64,000 bases of DNA from Bacillota bacterium (lineage in GTDB: Bacteria; Bacillota; Clostridia; Lachnospirales; Lachnospiraceae): the NCBI GenBank assembly GCA_023415595.1, contig JAEZJW010000142.1, positions 3,573 through 67,572 on the forward strand. Reading direction: 5' to 3'. The notes below the pieces were generated by a model. The model searched no databases. It was not told the DNA's origin and was given only the letters and a program-made list of their open reading frames with translations. Numbering within the stretch: position 1 is the stretch's first letter; every line of letters begins with the position of its first letter. The position numbers and the translations under genes were made by a program. Of the stretch, positions 48,299-57,957 are shown in pieces.

Positions 48299-50323
48299 AT
48301 GAAGGTAAAGCGATTAAGGTATCTTTTGCTTCTAACGGTCATGCTGTTTAGCTTAAGTGGCTGTAAGAAGGATACCGCACAGCAGGATAATACAGTTGTT
48401 TTGGCAGACGATGATGAAACGGGCACAGAGAATCAACCGGAGGGAGACCAGGGCGGCAGGGAACAGGGAGATGGTACTGCACAAGCTTCTTCCGGGGATC
48501 CGGTTATCATAGAGGACAGTATCAGCATTTCCCCTGGGGATACATACATCTCCGAGGATACGGAACTGATCCTTCAGGGCAGCAAGCCGGGTAAAATCTA
48601 TTATACTCTGGACGGAACCGATCCAGAGGAAGCTAAGACCCTTTATGAGAAGCCGGTCATGCTTGATGTCGGTTTGGGAAACAAGGCGGTCTGTATTAAG
48701 GCGAAGGCATATTTTGAGGATGGAAGTCAATCGGAAACACTGGTCCGGACTTATTTTACCGGACAAAATATCACCGACCGTTTCAGTACACTGGTGTTCT
48801 CCGTGATAACGGATCCCTATAATCTTTATGATTATGAATATGGTATCTTTGTGGAAGGAAAGCTTCGGGATGATTATGTCAAGGAGCATCCCAATGAGAA
48901 GATAGATCCGCCGGCTCCTGCGAACTATAATTTGCGTGGACGGGAAAGTGAAAGGGAAGTATTCCTGGAGGTCTTCGAGCCGGTTGGAACCAGAATTGCC
49001 GCACAGGCAGCAGGCATACGTACCTATGGCGGATGGTCTAGGGCAAATAAACAGAAATCTATCAAAATCTATACCAGGAAGGAATATGACGAAGATAATA
49101 ATAAGCTCAGGTATGAATTCTTCCCCTGGAAGCTAACCACCGAGGGTAAGCCGGCAGATGCCTTTAACCGTCTGGTATTGAGAAACTGTGGCAATGATAA
49201 CGGCTTTGGTTTTATCCGTGACGAGCTGTTCCAGACCCTGGCAGGTCAGGCCGGTTACATGGATTATGAAGCAGTCCGCCCGGCGGTAATGTATGTGAAC
49301 GGCGAGTACAGAGGTGTGTTCTGGCTCCACGAAGTATATGACGATGATTATTTTGACGAGAACTATGGCAACTATGACGGGGAATTCCAGGTACTGGAGG
49401 GCGGAGAAACCTTCAAAACAGAGGAAGAGGACGGAGAGAATGTACAGATCATTGCAGATTATGAGGCGATGTATACAACGTATGCTAATCAGGATCTGAC
49501 CGATGATGCAGTCTATCAGGAGCTAAACAAGCTGATGGACGTGGAGAATTATCTATCCTACTTTGCACTTCAAGCCTACATCGGCAATGAGGATTGGCCC
49601 CATAATAATTATCGAACCTACCGTTATTATGCATCGGAGGGAGAGGAATACCGGGAAGCACCTTTTGATGGAAAATGGAGATACCTGCTACACGATCTTG
49701 ACTTCAGCTTCGGTATCTACGGCAACGGAGCGCTGATGGATAACATCTGGAAGTATGTGGGGGTAAATGGCGAGATCAAGGAAGAATGTCCCCTGTTTGG
49801 TCAGCTGATGAAGAGAGAGGATTGCAGAGAAATCTTTATCACCAAAACGATGGATCTGATCAACGGAGCCTTCTCACCGGATAATTTAAACAGCGTTCTG
49901 GAGGAAATGAATAACTCCAGAATGAAAGAACAGGAAAACATGTATAATAAGGATCTTCTGGAACCCTGGGTACAATTCGAGCAGCTGGAGGGAAGGCTCG
50001 AGGAAATCCGCACCTACGGATATCAGCGTGCCAATAACATCCCTTTGTCCTATCAGAAGCATTTTAAGCTTGGGGATCTGTATCAGCTGATCGTACAGCC
50101 GGCAGAGGGTTGCGGAGTACAGATCAATTCCGTGGTAACGGAGGATTTATTCACAGGAAGCTACTTTGCAGATTATAATACGGTAATTACCCCGATTATC
50201 CCGGAGGGTAAGGAGTTTAAATACTGGCAGGTGAACGGTAAGACCTATGAATCGGAGGAGCTGATCATCACTTCTGCCATGCTAAAGGAACTGAAAGCAG
50301 AGGTAATCTGTGTAATCAAATGA
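48299..50323 (+). CDS. CotH kinase family lipoprotein (copy 2)
   Basis: Lipobox LSGC; IYYTLDGTDP; GIRTYGGWSR, NEDWPHNNY, WRYLLHDLDFSFG. Confidence 0.85.
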   Translation: MKVKRLRYLLLLTVMLFSLSGCKKDTAQQDNTVVLADDDETGTENQPEGDQGGREQGDGTAQASSGDPVIIEDSISISPGDTYISEDTELILQGSKPGKIYYTLDGTDPEEAKTLYEKPVMLDVGLGNKAVCIKAKAYFEDGSQSETLVRTYFTGQNITDRFSTLVFSVITDPYNLYDYEYGIFVEGKLRDDYVKEHPNEKIDPPAPANYNLRGRESEREVFLEVFEPVGTRIAAQAAGIRTYGGWSRANKQKSIKIYTRKEYDEDNNKLRYEFFPWKLTTEGKPADAFNRLVLRNCGNDNGFGFIRDELFQTLAGQAGYMDYEAVRPAVMYVNGEYRGVFWLHEVYDDDYFDENYGNYDGEFQVLEGGETFKTEEEDGENVQIIADYEAMYTTYANQDLTDDAVYQELNKLMDVENYLSYFALQAYIGNEDWPHNNYRTYRYYASEGEEYREAPFDGKWRYLLHDLDFSFGIYGNGALMDNIWKYVGVNGEIKEECPLFGQLMKREDCREIFITKTMDLINGAFSPDNLNSVLEEMNNSRMKEQENMYNKDLLEPWVQFEQLEGRLEEIRTYGYQRANNIPLSYQKHFKLGDLYQLIVQPAEGCGVQINSVVTEDLFTGSYFADYNTVITPIIPEGKEFKYWQVNGKTYESEELIITSAMLKELKAEVICVIK

Positions 50324-50441
50324 CATAAGGAGGTAGCCGGTGGGCACACATCACCACCGGCTGTAACAAGTATATAGGGAGGGAATGCCTGCCTGGCAGA
50401 CATTACTTCCCGGGGTTTACGAAAGAGTAAGGTCCTTGAGT

Positions 50442-53400
50442 ATGAGAGAGATTAATAGAAAAAAGAGAATGGGATTCATCATTATCCTGATTATCGTATT
50501 GGCAGCCCTGCTGGGATTCATAAGAGTGCTTACTGCCGATAGGGAACAGATTCAGGTGAAAGACGGTATCCTTGACTTACAGGGCTGGAATCCGGCCAGC
50601 GGCAGTGCGTTAAACTTAAACGGCCGCTGGCTGTTTTATTGGGAACATTTCCTGCAGAGTGCAGAGACAGAGGTTCGGGAGCCCGACCTTATGGCTGATA
50701 CACCGAATGTCTGGAACAGCTATCAGCTAAGAGGAGAGAAGCTGCCCGGCTTCGGCTATGCTTCCTATCGCCTGAAGATCATTAATGCTCCTATAGGTGA
50801 GCCCATGGCCATCAGAATCCCTACCTTTTCAACCGCCTACGAATTCTATCTGGATGGAAGACTTGCAGCACAGAACGGCAAGGTTGGAACGGATAAGAGC
50901 ACCTCATCCCCTTGGTATCAGCCGGAAACCGTCGAGTTTACGCCGGAGTCCTCCAGTTTTGATCTGATATTCCATGTGTCCAATTACACCTATGCCAGAG
51001 GAGGGATGTGGTATACGATAAACCTTGGCACCCCGGGCCAGATTCATAGGATGAATATGATGATGGTATACAAGGATGTCTTCCTGATCGGGGCTTTGGC
51101 AGTGATGGCATTTTATTATCTGATTATTTTTCTGTTAAGGCGGGAGGACAGAAGCAGTCTGTTCTTCGTATTCATGTGTGCTCTGTTCACAGGCAGAACC
51201 CTGATCTATGGCAGTTACCTCATCAATTTATTGGTTCCGTTCATCGGCTTTCGTGCAATCATTATTATTGACTATTCGTCATTATGCCTATTCCCTGTCT
51301 GTGCGGTATATATGATCTCCGTACTCTTTCCGGAGGAGGTTTCCGGAAGAATTCTTAAGTGCATCCTGATCTATGCTATGATTATGGTCTCCATCTTCCT
51401 GTTTACACCCATATCGTTTTTTACCGGCTTAATCTATATTACTCAGACAGGAGCCATGTTAACGGGCGCCTATGCGGCCTTTATCACCGGTAAGGCCTTA
51501 CTTAGAGGGAAAAAGGATGCGTTACCTCTGCTTTGCGGTGCTATCGTGGTTCTGTTATGTGCGTTCCATGATATGCTGTACCAGAACGATGTAATTATCA
51601 GTGATATCGGAGAATTGGTTTCTTTCGGATTATTTATTCTTCTGTTGACGCAGTCCTTCGTTCTGTCGAGAAGATTTGCGGAAGCCTTCCATAGCGTCAA
51701 TGACTTATCCAGGAAGCTATTGAAGCTGGACAAGGTCAAGGATGAATTTCTTGCGAATACCTCCCATGAGCTTAGAACTCCGCTCAGCGGAATATTAGGA
51801 ATTGCAGAAGGAATGCTGAAGGGAAGTGACGGAGAACTAAATAGCGGGCAGAAGCAAAACCTGTCCCTGATTGCCGGCAGCAGCCGCAGACTTACGAACC
51901 TTGTGAACGATATTCTGGACTATTCCAGAATGAAAAATGGTGATATTAATCTGAACTTAAAGCCGATACAGTTAGAAGGGCTAATTCATACGGTAGTTAA
52001 CGTATTCAAGCAGCTGAACAGCAATAAGGAATATGATATCAGTGCAGAGCTTCCTACCGAATTACCTTACGTTTGGGCAGATGAGAACCGCGTGATTCAG
52101 ATCCTATATAATCTGGTGGGCAATGCCGTAAAATATACCGCAAAGGGTTCTGTTACGGTAACGGCAAGAGTAATTACAGGAAAGGTGGAGGTATGTGTCG
52201 GCGATACCGGAGAAGGGATTCCGGAGGACAAGCTGGAGGATATCTTCAAGTCCTTTGAGCAGGTGGATAACTCCATTACACGCAGACATGGAGGGACCGG
52301 TCTTGGCCTCCCCATCACGAAGCATCTGGTGGAACTGATGGGTGGCAGGATCGAGGTAGACTCTAAGCTGGGAAGAGGCTCGCAGTTTTATTTCAGTCTG
52401 CCTCTGGCAGAGCTGCAAAAGGACGAAGCTGAGGAGGAGATTACCTTACAGGAACCGATGGTGGTATATGACACTGAGCTTGCAGGCACCATTGAAGGAA
52501 CGGACGGAGGCAGCCGTATCCTGTTAGTGGATGATGATGCGGTCAATCTCCAATCCGCAGCTACGATCTTAAAGCTGGGAGGGTATAGCGTAACCTTTGC
52601 CAATGGAGGGAAGGCGGCTCTGACGGAGCTGGATAGGCATAAGGATTACGATCTTGTCCTACTAGATGTCATGATGCCGGAGATCTCCGGATATGATGTA
52701 TGCAAGAGAATCAGAGAGAGTAAATCCGTCTATGAGCTTCCGGTCCTGATGCTGACCGCGAAGGCATCCACTGAGGATATCGTTCTTGGTTTTGAGGTAG
52801 GAGCAAACGATTACCTGCCCAAACCCTATGAACCGGAGGAGCTGCTGGCCAGAGTGCGTACCCTGGTGAACTTAAAAATCTCAGTGGATAAAATGATGGC
52901 GGCAGAAGCTGCTTTCATTCAGGCGCAGATAAAGCCTCATTTTCTCTATAATACCCTAAATGCAATCTCCTCCTTCTGCGATACCGATCCTGCGAAGGCG
53001 CAGCAGCTGATAGATGAGTTTTCCTCCTTTTTGAGACTGAGCTTTGATTTTAAGAGTCTGGAGACGTATGTGCCGCTGGAACGGGAGCTTACTCTGGTGA
53101 GATCCTATGCCCAGATAGAGAAGGCACGTTTCGGAGATAAATTAAATATAATACTTGATACTGATCCAATGATAAAATCGAAAATTCCGATCCTGACGAT
53201 ACAGCCACTGGTAGAAAATGCAATCCTCCATGGTCTGAGAAAAAAAAGTGGAACTGGGTCAGTTCAGATATCCGTGAAGAAATGCCCGAAGGGAATTTTA
53301 GTTACGGTAGAAGACGATGGGCAGGGAATTCCACCTGAGAAGTTAATTGCTCTGCTTCAGCCTGATCCTGAACAGGGAATTGGTTTGTGGAATATAGACA

Positions 53401-53498
53401 GAAGACTTAAGAAATTATTTGGTATCGGTCTGGAGGTTTCAAGTGAACCGGGTAAGGGCACGAGGGTTTCCTTCACCATACCGTCGGAGGTGGAGTAA
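50442..53498 (+). CDS. Hybrid sensor kinase (extracellular domain, 7TM, HisKA-HATPase, REC, second LytS-type kinase module)
   Basis: LNGRWLFYW extracellular region, TM cluster, NTSHELRTPL, GGTGLGL, LLVDDD/LLDVMMP, QAQIKPHFLYNTLN, IQPLVENAILHG. Confidence 0.9.
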   Translation: MREINRKKRMGFIIILIIVLAALLGFIRVLTADREQIQVKDGILDLQGWNPASGSALNLNGRWLFYWEHFLQSAETEVREPDLMADTPNVWNSYQLRGEKLPGFGYASYRLKIINAPIGEPMAIRIPTFSTAYEFYLDGRLAAQNGKVGTDKSTSSPWYQPETVEFTPESSSFDLIFHVSNYTYARGGMWYTINLGTPGQIHRMNMMMVYKDVFLIGALAVMAFYYLIIFLLRREDRSSLFFVFMCALFTGRTLIYGSYLINLLVPFIGFRAIIIIDYSSLCLFPVCAVYMISVLFPEEVSGRILKCILIYAMIMVSIFLFTPISFFTGLIYITQTGAMLTGAYAAFITGKALLRGKKDALPLLCGAIVVLLCAFHDMLYQNDVIISDIGELVSFGLFILLLTQSFVLSRRFAEAFHSVNDLSRKLLKLDKVKDEFLANTSHELRTPLSGILGIAEGMLKGSDGELNSGQKQNLSLIAGSSRRLTNLVNDILDYSRMKNGDINLNLKPIQLEGLIHTVVNVFKQLNSNKEYDISAELPTELPYVWADENRVIQILYNLVGNAVKYTAKGSVTVTARVITGKVEVCVGDTGEGIPEDKLEDIFKSFEQVDNSITRRHGGTGLGLPITKHLVELMGGRIEVDSKLGRGSQFYFSLPLAELQKDEAEEEITLQEPMVVYDTELAGTIEGTDGGSRILLVDDDAVNLQSAATILKLGGYSVTFANGGKAALTELDRHKDYDLVLLDVMMPEISGYDVCKRIRESKSVYELPVLMLTAKASTEDIVLGFEVGANDYLPKPYEPEELLARVRTLVNLKISVDKMMAAEAAFIQAQIKPHFLYNTLNAISSFCDTDPAKAQQLIDEFSSFLRLSFDFKSLETYVPLERELTLVRSYAQIEKARFGDKLNIILDTDPMIKSKIPILTIQPLVENAILHGLRKKSGTGSVQISVKKCPKGILVTVEDDGQGIPPEKLIALLQPDPEQGIGLWNIDRRLKKLFGIGLEVSSEPGKGTRVSFTIPSEVE

Positions 53499-54587
53499 AT
53501 GCTGAAAGTTGTAATCATTGATGATGAGGAGCCCTCCTTAGACAAGCTGGAAAAGCTGCTAACGGAGAGTGGTGAAGTATCGGTCGCAGGAAGATTTACT
53601 GAGCCTTTGGCAGCTTTGGAATTCTTAAGATATAGTCGTGTGGATGCTGCATTTCTTGATATTGAGATGCCTGAGATTGATGGAATTGAGCTGGCAGACC
53701 GCATCATCGACCTACACTACGGGATCGATACCATCTTTGTGACTGCCTATAATCAATATGCGGTTGAGGCATTCCGTCTGAATGCCATTGATTATCTCAT
53801 GAAACCCGTAACAGCCGCCAGACTCGCAGAAACGCTGGGCAGGCTAACGGCACGGAGAAGAAATCCGGAAGCTGTATCAGGTATGAAAGCGGAATGCTTC
53901 GGCAGATTTAAGGTGACCTCCCCGTTTGGTGAAGTGAAGTTTCGTACGGAGAAAGCGGAAGAGCTGCTGGCCTTTTTGATTGACCGCAGAGGAAGCTATG
54001 TAAGCCGCAGTGAAATCATTGACCATATCTGGGAGGACTTTGATGGGGACAGGGCAATCATACATTTTAATACCACACTCCACTATATTAAGAAAGCTCT
54101 GTATGACCATGGGATAAAGCTGAATATCAGATTTGACAGGGGTAGTTACCAGCTTGAGCTGAAGGAACTGGATTGTGATTATTTACTTTTCAGCAGTTAT
54201 CTTGATCGGGTGGCACCCATGAACCGGGATACCATAGAAGAATATGTGAAGATTGCTGGGCTTTATCAGGGGGATTACTTATCCGGCTGGGAGAATGACT
54301 GGGTAGCGGTCAAAAGACTGCTGTTAAAGGAGCAGTATATCGGACTTCTTCTCGAACTGGCGGAATATGATAAGGCTGAGGGTAATCCCTGCAGAGCAGC
54401 CATATGGTTGAAGGAAGGGATTGTCCGGGAACCTCTCCACAGAGAGCTTAATTACCGGCTGGTCGAGCTGTTGCTTTCGGAAGAAGAGCTGGTCATGGCA
54501 GAAAATTACTTTAAATTATACCAGGACGGAATACGAAAGAAGCTGCTGAAGGAACCGGATGAAGCCTTCCGCAGGCTTATGAAATAA
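53499..54587 (+). CDS. Response regulator, REC + winged HTH + BTAD/SARP-like domain
   Basis: IIDDE, FLDIEMP, AIDYLMKP; FRTEKAEELLAFL; YQGDYL...W. Confidence 0.88.
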   Translation: MLKVVIIDDEEPSLDKLEKLLTESGEVSVAGRFTEPLAALEFLRYSRVDAAFLDIEMPEIDGIELADRIIDLHYGIDTIFVTAYNQYAVEAFRLNAIDYLMKPVTAARLAETLGRLTARRRNPEAVSGMKAECFGRFKVTSPFGEVKFRTEKAEELLAFLIDRRGSYVSRSEIIDHIWEDFDGDRAIIHFNTTLHYIKKALYDHGIKLNIRFDRGSYQLELKELDCDYLLFSSYLDRVAPMNRDTIEEYVKIAGLYQGDYLSGWENDWVAVKRLLLKEQYIGLLLELAEYDKAEGNPCRAAIWLKEGIVREPLHRELNYRLVELLLSEEELVMAENYFKLYQDGIRKKLLKEPDEAFRRLMK

Positions 54588-54626
54588 ATCCAAAATTAGA
54601 ATTATATTAAAATAAATAATTTTCTA

Positions 54627-54680
54627 TTGACCGAATCGGTTTATGGTGCTATGATCAGACCATAAACCGATTCGGTTTAT
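54627..54680 (+). promoter_or_regulatory. Promoter bracketed by twin palindromic operators (probable TetR sites)
   Basis: TTGACC-17-TATGAT; ACCGAATCGGTTTATGGT (54630-47) inverted against ACCATAAACCGATTCGGT (54659-76). Confidence 0.75.
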
Positions 54681-54735
54681 ATACGAGAAAGCTATTTATT
54701 CGTAAGCTGGTTTTCATATACGTAAGCAAAAGGAG

Positions 54736-55353
54736 GTGATTCAGGTGGAGAAGTTCTTAAGTCTGCCCAAGGAAAAACAGACGAGTATCATTGATGCTGC
54801 ATTAGCCTGCTTTAGTAAAAACGGTTATAAGAAAGCATCTGTGAGTGACATCGCAACAGCAGCCGGAGTATCAAAAGCAATGATTTTCCATTACTTTGGC
54901 TCCAAAAAGGAGCTTTATGGCTATCTGATCGAGTACTGTAATGAGATAATGCGGAGGGATATCGCTGAGAAATACGATTACAGCATAACCGATTTCTTTG
55001 ACAAGATGAGGATGGGAACCGAACTTAAAATAAGAATCCTGGAGGAGCATCCCTTCATTCTTACCTTTTATAACAGTGTATATCATGAAAAGGAGGAGGA
55101 GGTTCAAAATCTCAGAGAGGAAGTGCTTAAAATGAGGAGTGATTACAGCGGAAAAATCGGTTTTATGAACATGGACACAACGAAGTTTAAAGAGGGTGTG
55201 GATCCTAAGCTTGTACTGAGTATCTTAACCGGGATCAGCGAGAATCATTCCAACCAGTTAAGTGCAGGACGTTCTGCGGAGGATGCGCTTCATGAGTTTC
55301 ATGCATGTCTGCAGTTATTAAGAAACAATCTTTATAAGGAGGAGTATTTATGA
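54736..55353 (+). CDS. TetR/AcrR family regulator
   Basis: IIDAALACFSKNGYKKASVSDIATAAGVSKAMIFHYFGSKKEL. Confidence 0.92.
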   Translation: MIQVEKFLSLPKEKQTSIIDAALACFSKNGYKKASVSDIATAAGVSKAMIFHYFGSKKELYGYLIEYCNEIMRRDIAEKYDYSITDFFDKMRMGTELKIRILEEHPFILTFYNSVYHEKEEEVQNLREEVLKMRSDYSGKIGFMNMDTTKFKEGVDPKLVLSILTGISENHSNQLSAGRSAEDALHEFHACLQLLRNNLYKEEYL

Positions 55354-56237
55354 TAGAGGTAAACGGACTTTCATTAGTGTACCCCAGCGGAAAAGGAATC
55401 TTTGATGTGGATTTCAAGGTGAAGAAGGGCGAGGTTCTTGGGTATCTCGGACCGAACGGAGCAGGCAAGACCACTACCATCCGCGCTTTGCTTGGGTTTA
55501 TGGCACCTGATAAGGGCAGTAGTACCATCAACGGGCTGGATTGCTGGAAACAGGCACCTCAGATTCAGAAGAGTCTGGGTTATATTCCGGGTGAAATTGC
55601 CTTTCTGGATGGGATGAACGGGGATGAATTCCTAAGGTTCATGTGCGAAATGAGGGGGACGAAGGATTTTACCCGTCAGAAACAGCTGATAGATATGTTT
55701 GAACTTGATACGAAAGGAAGAATTAAAAGATTCTCCAAGGGGATGAAGCAGAAGGTTGGAATTGTAACTGCCTTCATGCATGATCCTGAGGTACTCATAC
55801 TCGATGAGCCAACCAGCGGACTGGATCCCCTGATGCAGAACCGCTTCGTGGAGCTGATCCTGGAAGAGAAGAAGAAGGGCAAGACGATCCTGATGTCCAG
55901 CCATATGTTTGAAGAGGTGGAGCGGACCTCGGATACAGTTTTGATCATCAGGGATGGAAGACTGGTGAAGCAATCCGATGTGCAGAGCCTGAAGGAGACT
56001 CAGAGAAAATGCTATATTCTGAAGGCAAAGAACCTTGGGGAGGCATATGGAGTACTAACCTCCTCAGGCTTTGAGGTGAAGGAAGCAGAAGATAATACCC
56101 TAGAGATATTTATTAAAACAGAAGGTGTGGACCGCTTCCTGAAGACCGTTTCGCAGTTCACGGTACAGAACCTGGATGTTAAATCACAGTCTCTGGAAGA
56201 TATCTTTATGCATTTCTATGGCAAGGAGGAGAAATAG
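55350..56237 (+). CDS. ABC transporter ATP-binding protein
   Basis: GPNGAGKTT, FSKGMKQK, ILDEPTSGLD, SSH. Confidence 0.93.
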   Translation: MIEVNGLSLVYPSGKGIFDVDFKVKKGEVLGYLGPNGAGKTTTIRALLGFMAPDKGSSTINGLDCWKQAPQIQKSLGYIPGEIAFLDGMNGDEFLRFMCEMRGTKDFTRQKQLIDMFELDTKGRIKRFSKGMKQKVGIVTAFMHDPEVLILDEPTSGLDPLMQNRFVELILEEKKKGKTILMSSHMFEEVERTSDTVLIIRDGRLVKQSDVQSLKETQRKCYILKAKNLGEAYGVLTSSGFEVKEAEDNTLEIFIKTEGVDRFLKTVSQFTVQNLDVKSQSLEDIFMHFYGKEEK

Positions 56238-56238
56238 T

Positions 56239-57036
56239 ATGAGCCTAACATTATTGAAAACTACGATAAAGAAGAACTGGATCCTGCTGCTGATCTTTTT
56301 TGGTGTACTTACTATGTATATGTCAATTATGATATCGATGTTTGATCCGGAGGACATGACGGCATTAACCGCCATGCTGGAGATGCTTCCGAAGGGAATG
56401 ATGAAGGCCATGGGCTTCTCCCAGTTGGAAACAGACTTGACGGCATATCTGGCCAGCTGGCTGTATGGAATGCTGATGATAGCCTTCCCCATGATCTATA
56501 GTATCATTCTGGGTAATAAGCTGGTTGCGAAGATGGTAGATAACGGGTCCTTTGCTTATCTATTGTCTACCCCGAATTCCAGAGTGAAAATTATTATCAC
56601 ACAGGGCATTTATGCACTTGGTTCCCTGATTGTTCTCTTCTTCGCATTATTCGGTCTCGGAGTGGCTATCAGTAATGCTTTGCTTCCGGGTAATATAGAT
56701 GTAGGTGCATTTCTCTCCTTGAATGTGACTACGATGCTGGTGAATATGGTGGCCTTGATGATCAGCTTCTTCTGCTCCTGCCTGTTCAATGAGGCGAAGC
56801 TGTCCACCGGCTTTGGAGCCGGCCTGCCGATTATGTTTCTGTTGCTGAAGATGATCAGCGGTGCTGCCGAGGACCTTAACTTCCTTAAGAACTTTACGAT
56901 TTACGGGATCTATGATCCGGTAAAGGTGGTAAAGGGAGAAGAGGTTTTGGGGGTCAACCTGCTCTTTGTAGGAATCATTCTGTTGCTTTTTGTAGCGGGA
57001 GTAATGATATTCAAAAGAAAGAGACTGCCCTTATAA
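56239..57036 (+). CDS. ABC-2 type exporter permease
   Basis: Six predicted TM segments, GSFAYLLSTPNSR; ATG 56239 after AAGGAGGAG. Confidence 0.88.
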   Translation: MSLTLLKTTIKKNWILLLIFFGVLTMYMSIMISMFDPEDMTALTAMLEMLPKGMMKAMGFSQLETDLTAYLASWLYGMLMIAFPMIYSIILGNKLVAKMVDNGSFAYLLSTPNSRVKIIITQGIYALGSLIVLFFALFGLGVAISNALLPGNIDVGAFLSLNVTTMLVNMVALMISFFCSCLFNEAKLSTGFGAGLPIMFLLLKMISGAAEDLNFLKNFTIYGIYDPVKVVKGEEVLGVNLLFVGIILLLFVAGVMIFKRKRLPL

Positions 57037-57138
57037 CTGTGAACGAAGCTAAGTCCTAAACAGGCTGTGATATTCTCATGTAACAGTATCATTTGGCTTA
57101 GTGTTAAGGAAAGTTTTAACCATGATTATTGCGGAAAA

Positions 57139-57178
57139 AAGACAAGGTGTCCTAAGAGAAATGGGATACCTTGTCTTA
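57139..57178. terminator. Hairpin between convergent ABC operons
   Basis: AAGACAAGGTGTCC...GGATACCTTGTCTT. Confidence 0.7.
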
Positions 57179-57259
57179 AAATTAATGATTCAAAAATACC
57201 TGCGAAGCGGATATTTTTTGAATCGGTTTGAACAAAGTGAAGCGTACATTTACCGGTTC

Positions 57260-57919
57260 TTAAGTTTTAAGATAACCATCCCACATCTCCAGAACCCGGT
57301 CTGCTTTCTCCAGGATGGATCTGTCGTGGGTTACCACCAGAAGGGTTGAGCTGCCGCGGTGTTCTGTCAGCAGATCCATTACATCAAGGGCTGCTTCATG
57401 ATCCAGGGACGCGGTGGGTTCATCCGCGAAGATCACAGAGGGCTGATTCATCAGAGCCCTTGCAATTGCTACCTTCTGTCGCTGCCCTCCGGATAAACCG
57501 GACGGCTTCTTCCCGGATAGCTTCTCCATTCCCAGCTGCCGTAACAGGTCTGCCGTATCTGATTTGGCTGCTTCCGGATCCTTCTTATTACTGGCCAATA
57601 AGACATTATCGAAGACGGTCATATAATCAATCAGAAAATGCCTCTGGAAGATAAATCCGAAATTCTGCCGCCGCAATTCCGAACGTTTCAACTCACTTAA
57701 GGATTCGATATCGATATCCTGATAATATACAGTTCCCATGGTTGGGGACTTCAAACCGGAGAGAAGATAAAGCAGGGAGCTTTTGCCGCTGCCGGAGGGT
57801 CCGATGACACCGATGGTCTCTCCTGCGTTCAGCTTAATATTAAGATTTCTCACAGCATAGGTCTCATGCTCTTTTCCCAGGTCATAAATCAAACTTAAAT
57901 CAATTCCTTCAATCAGCAT
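57260..57919 (-). CDS. ABC transporter ATP-binding protein (LolD-like)
   Basis: GPSGSGKSS, LSGGQRQK, FADEPT, VVTHD. Confidence 0.92.
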   Translation of the reverse strand: MLIEGIDLSLIYDLGKEHETYAVRNLNIKLNAGETIGVIGPSGSGKSSLLYLLSGLKSPTMGTVYYQDIDIESLSELKRSELRRQNFGFIFQRHFLIDYMTVFDNVLLASNKKDPEAAKSDTADLLRQLGMEKLSGKKPSGLSGGQRQKVAIARALMNQPSVIFADEPTASLDHEAALDVMDLLTEHRGSSTLLVVTHDRSILEKADRVLEMWDGYLKT

Positions 57920-57957
57920 CCGGCTATCTTCCTTTCCCTATTTTATATAATACCAGA

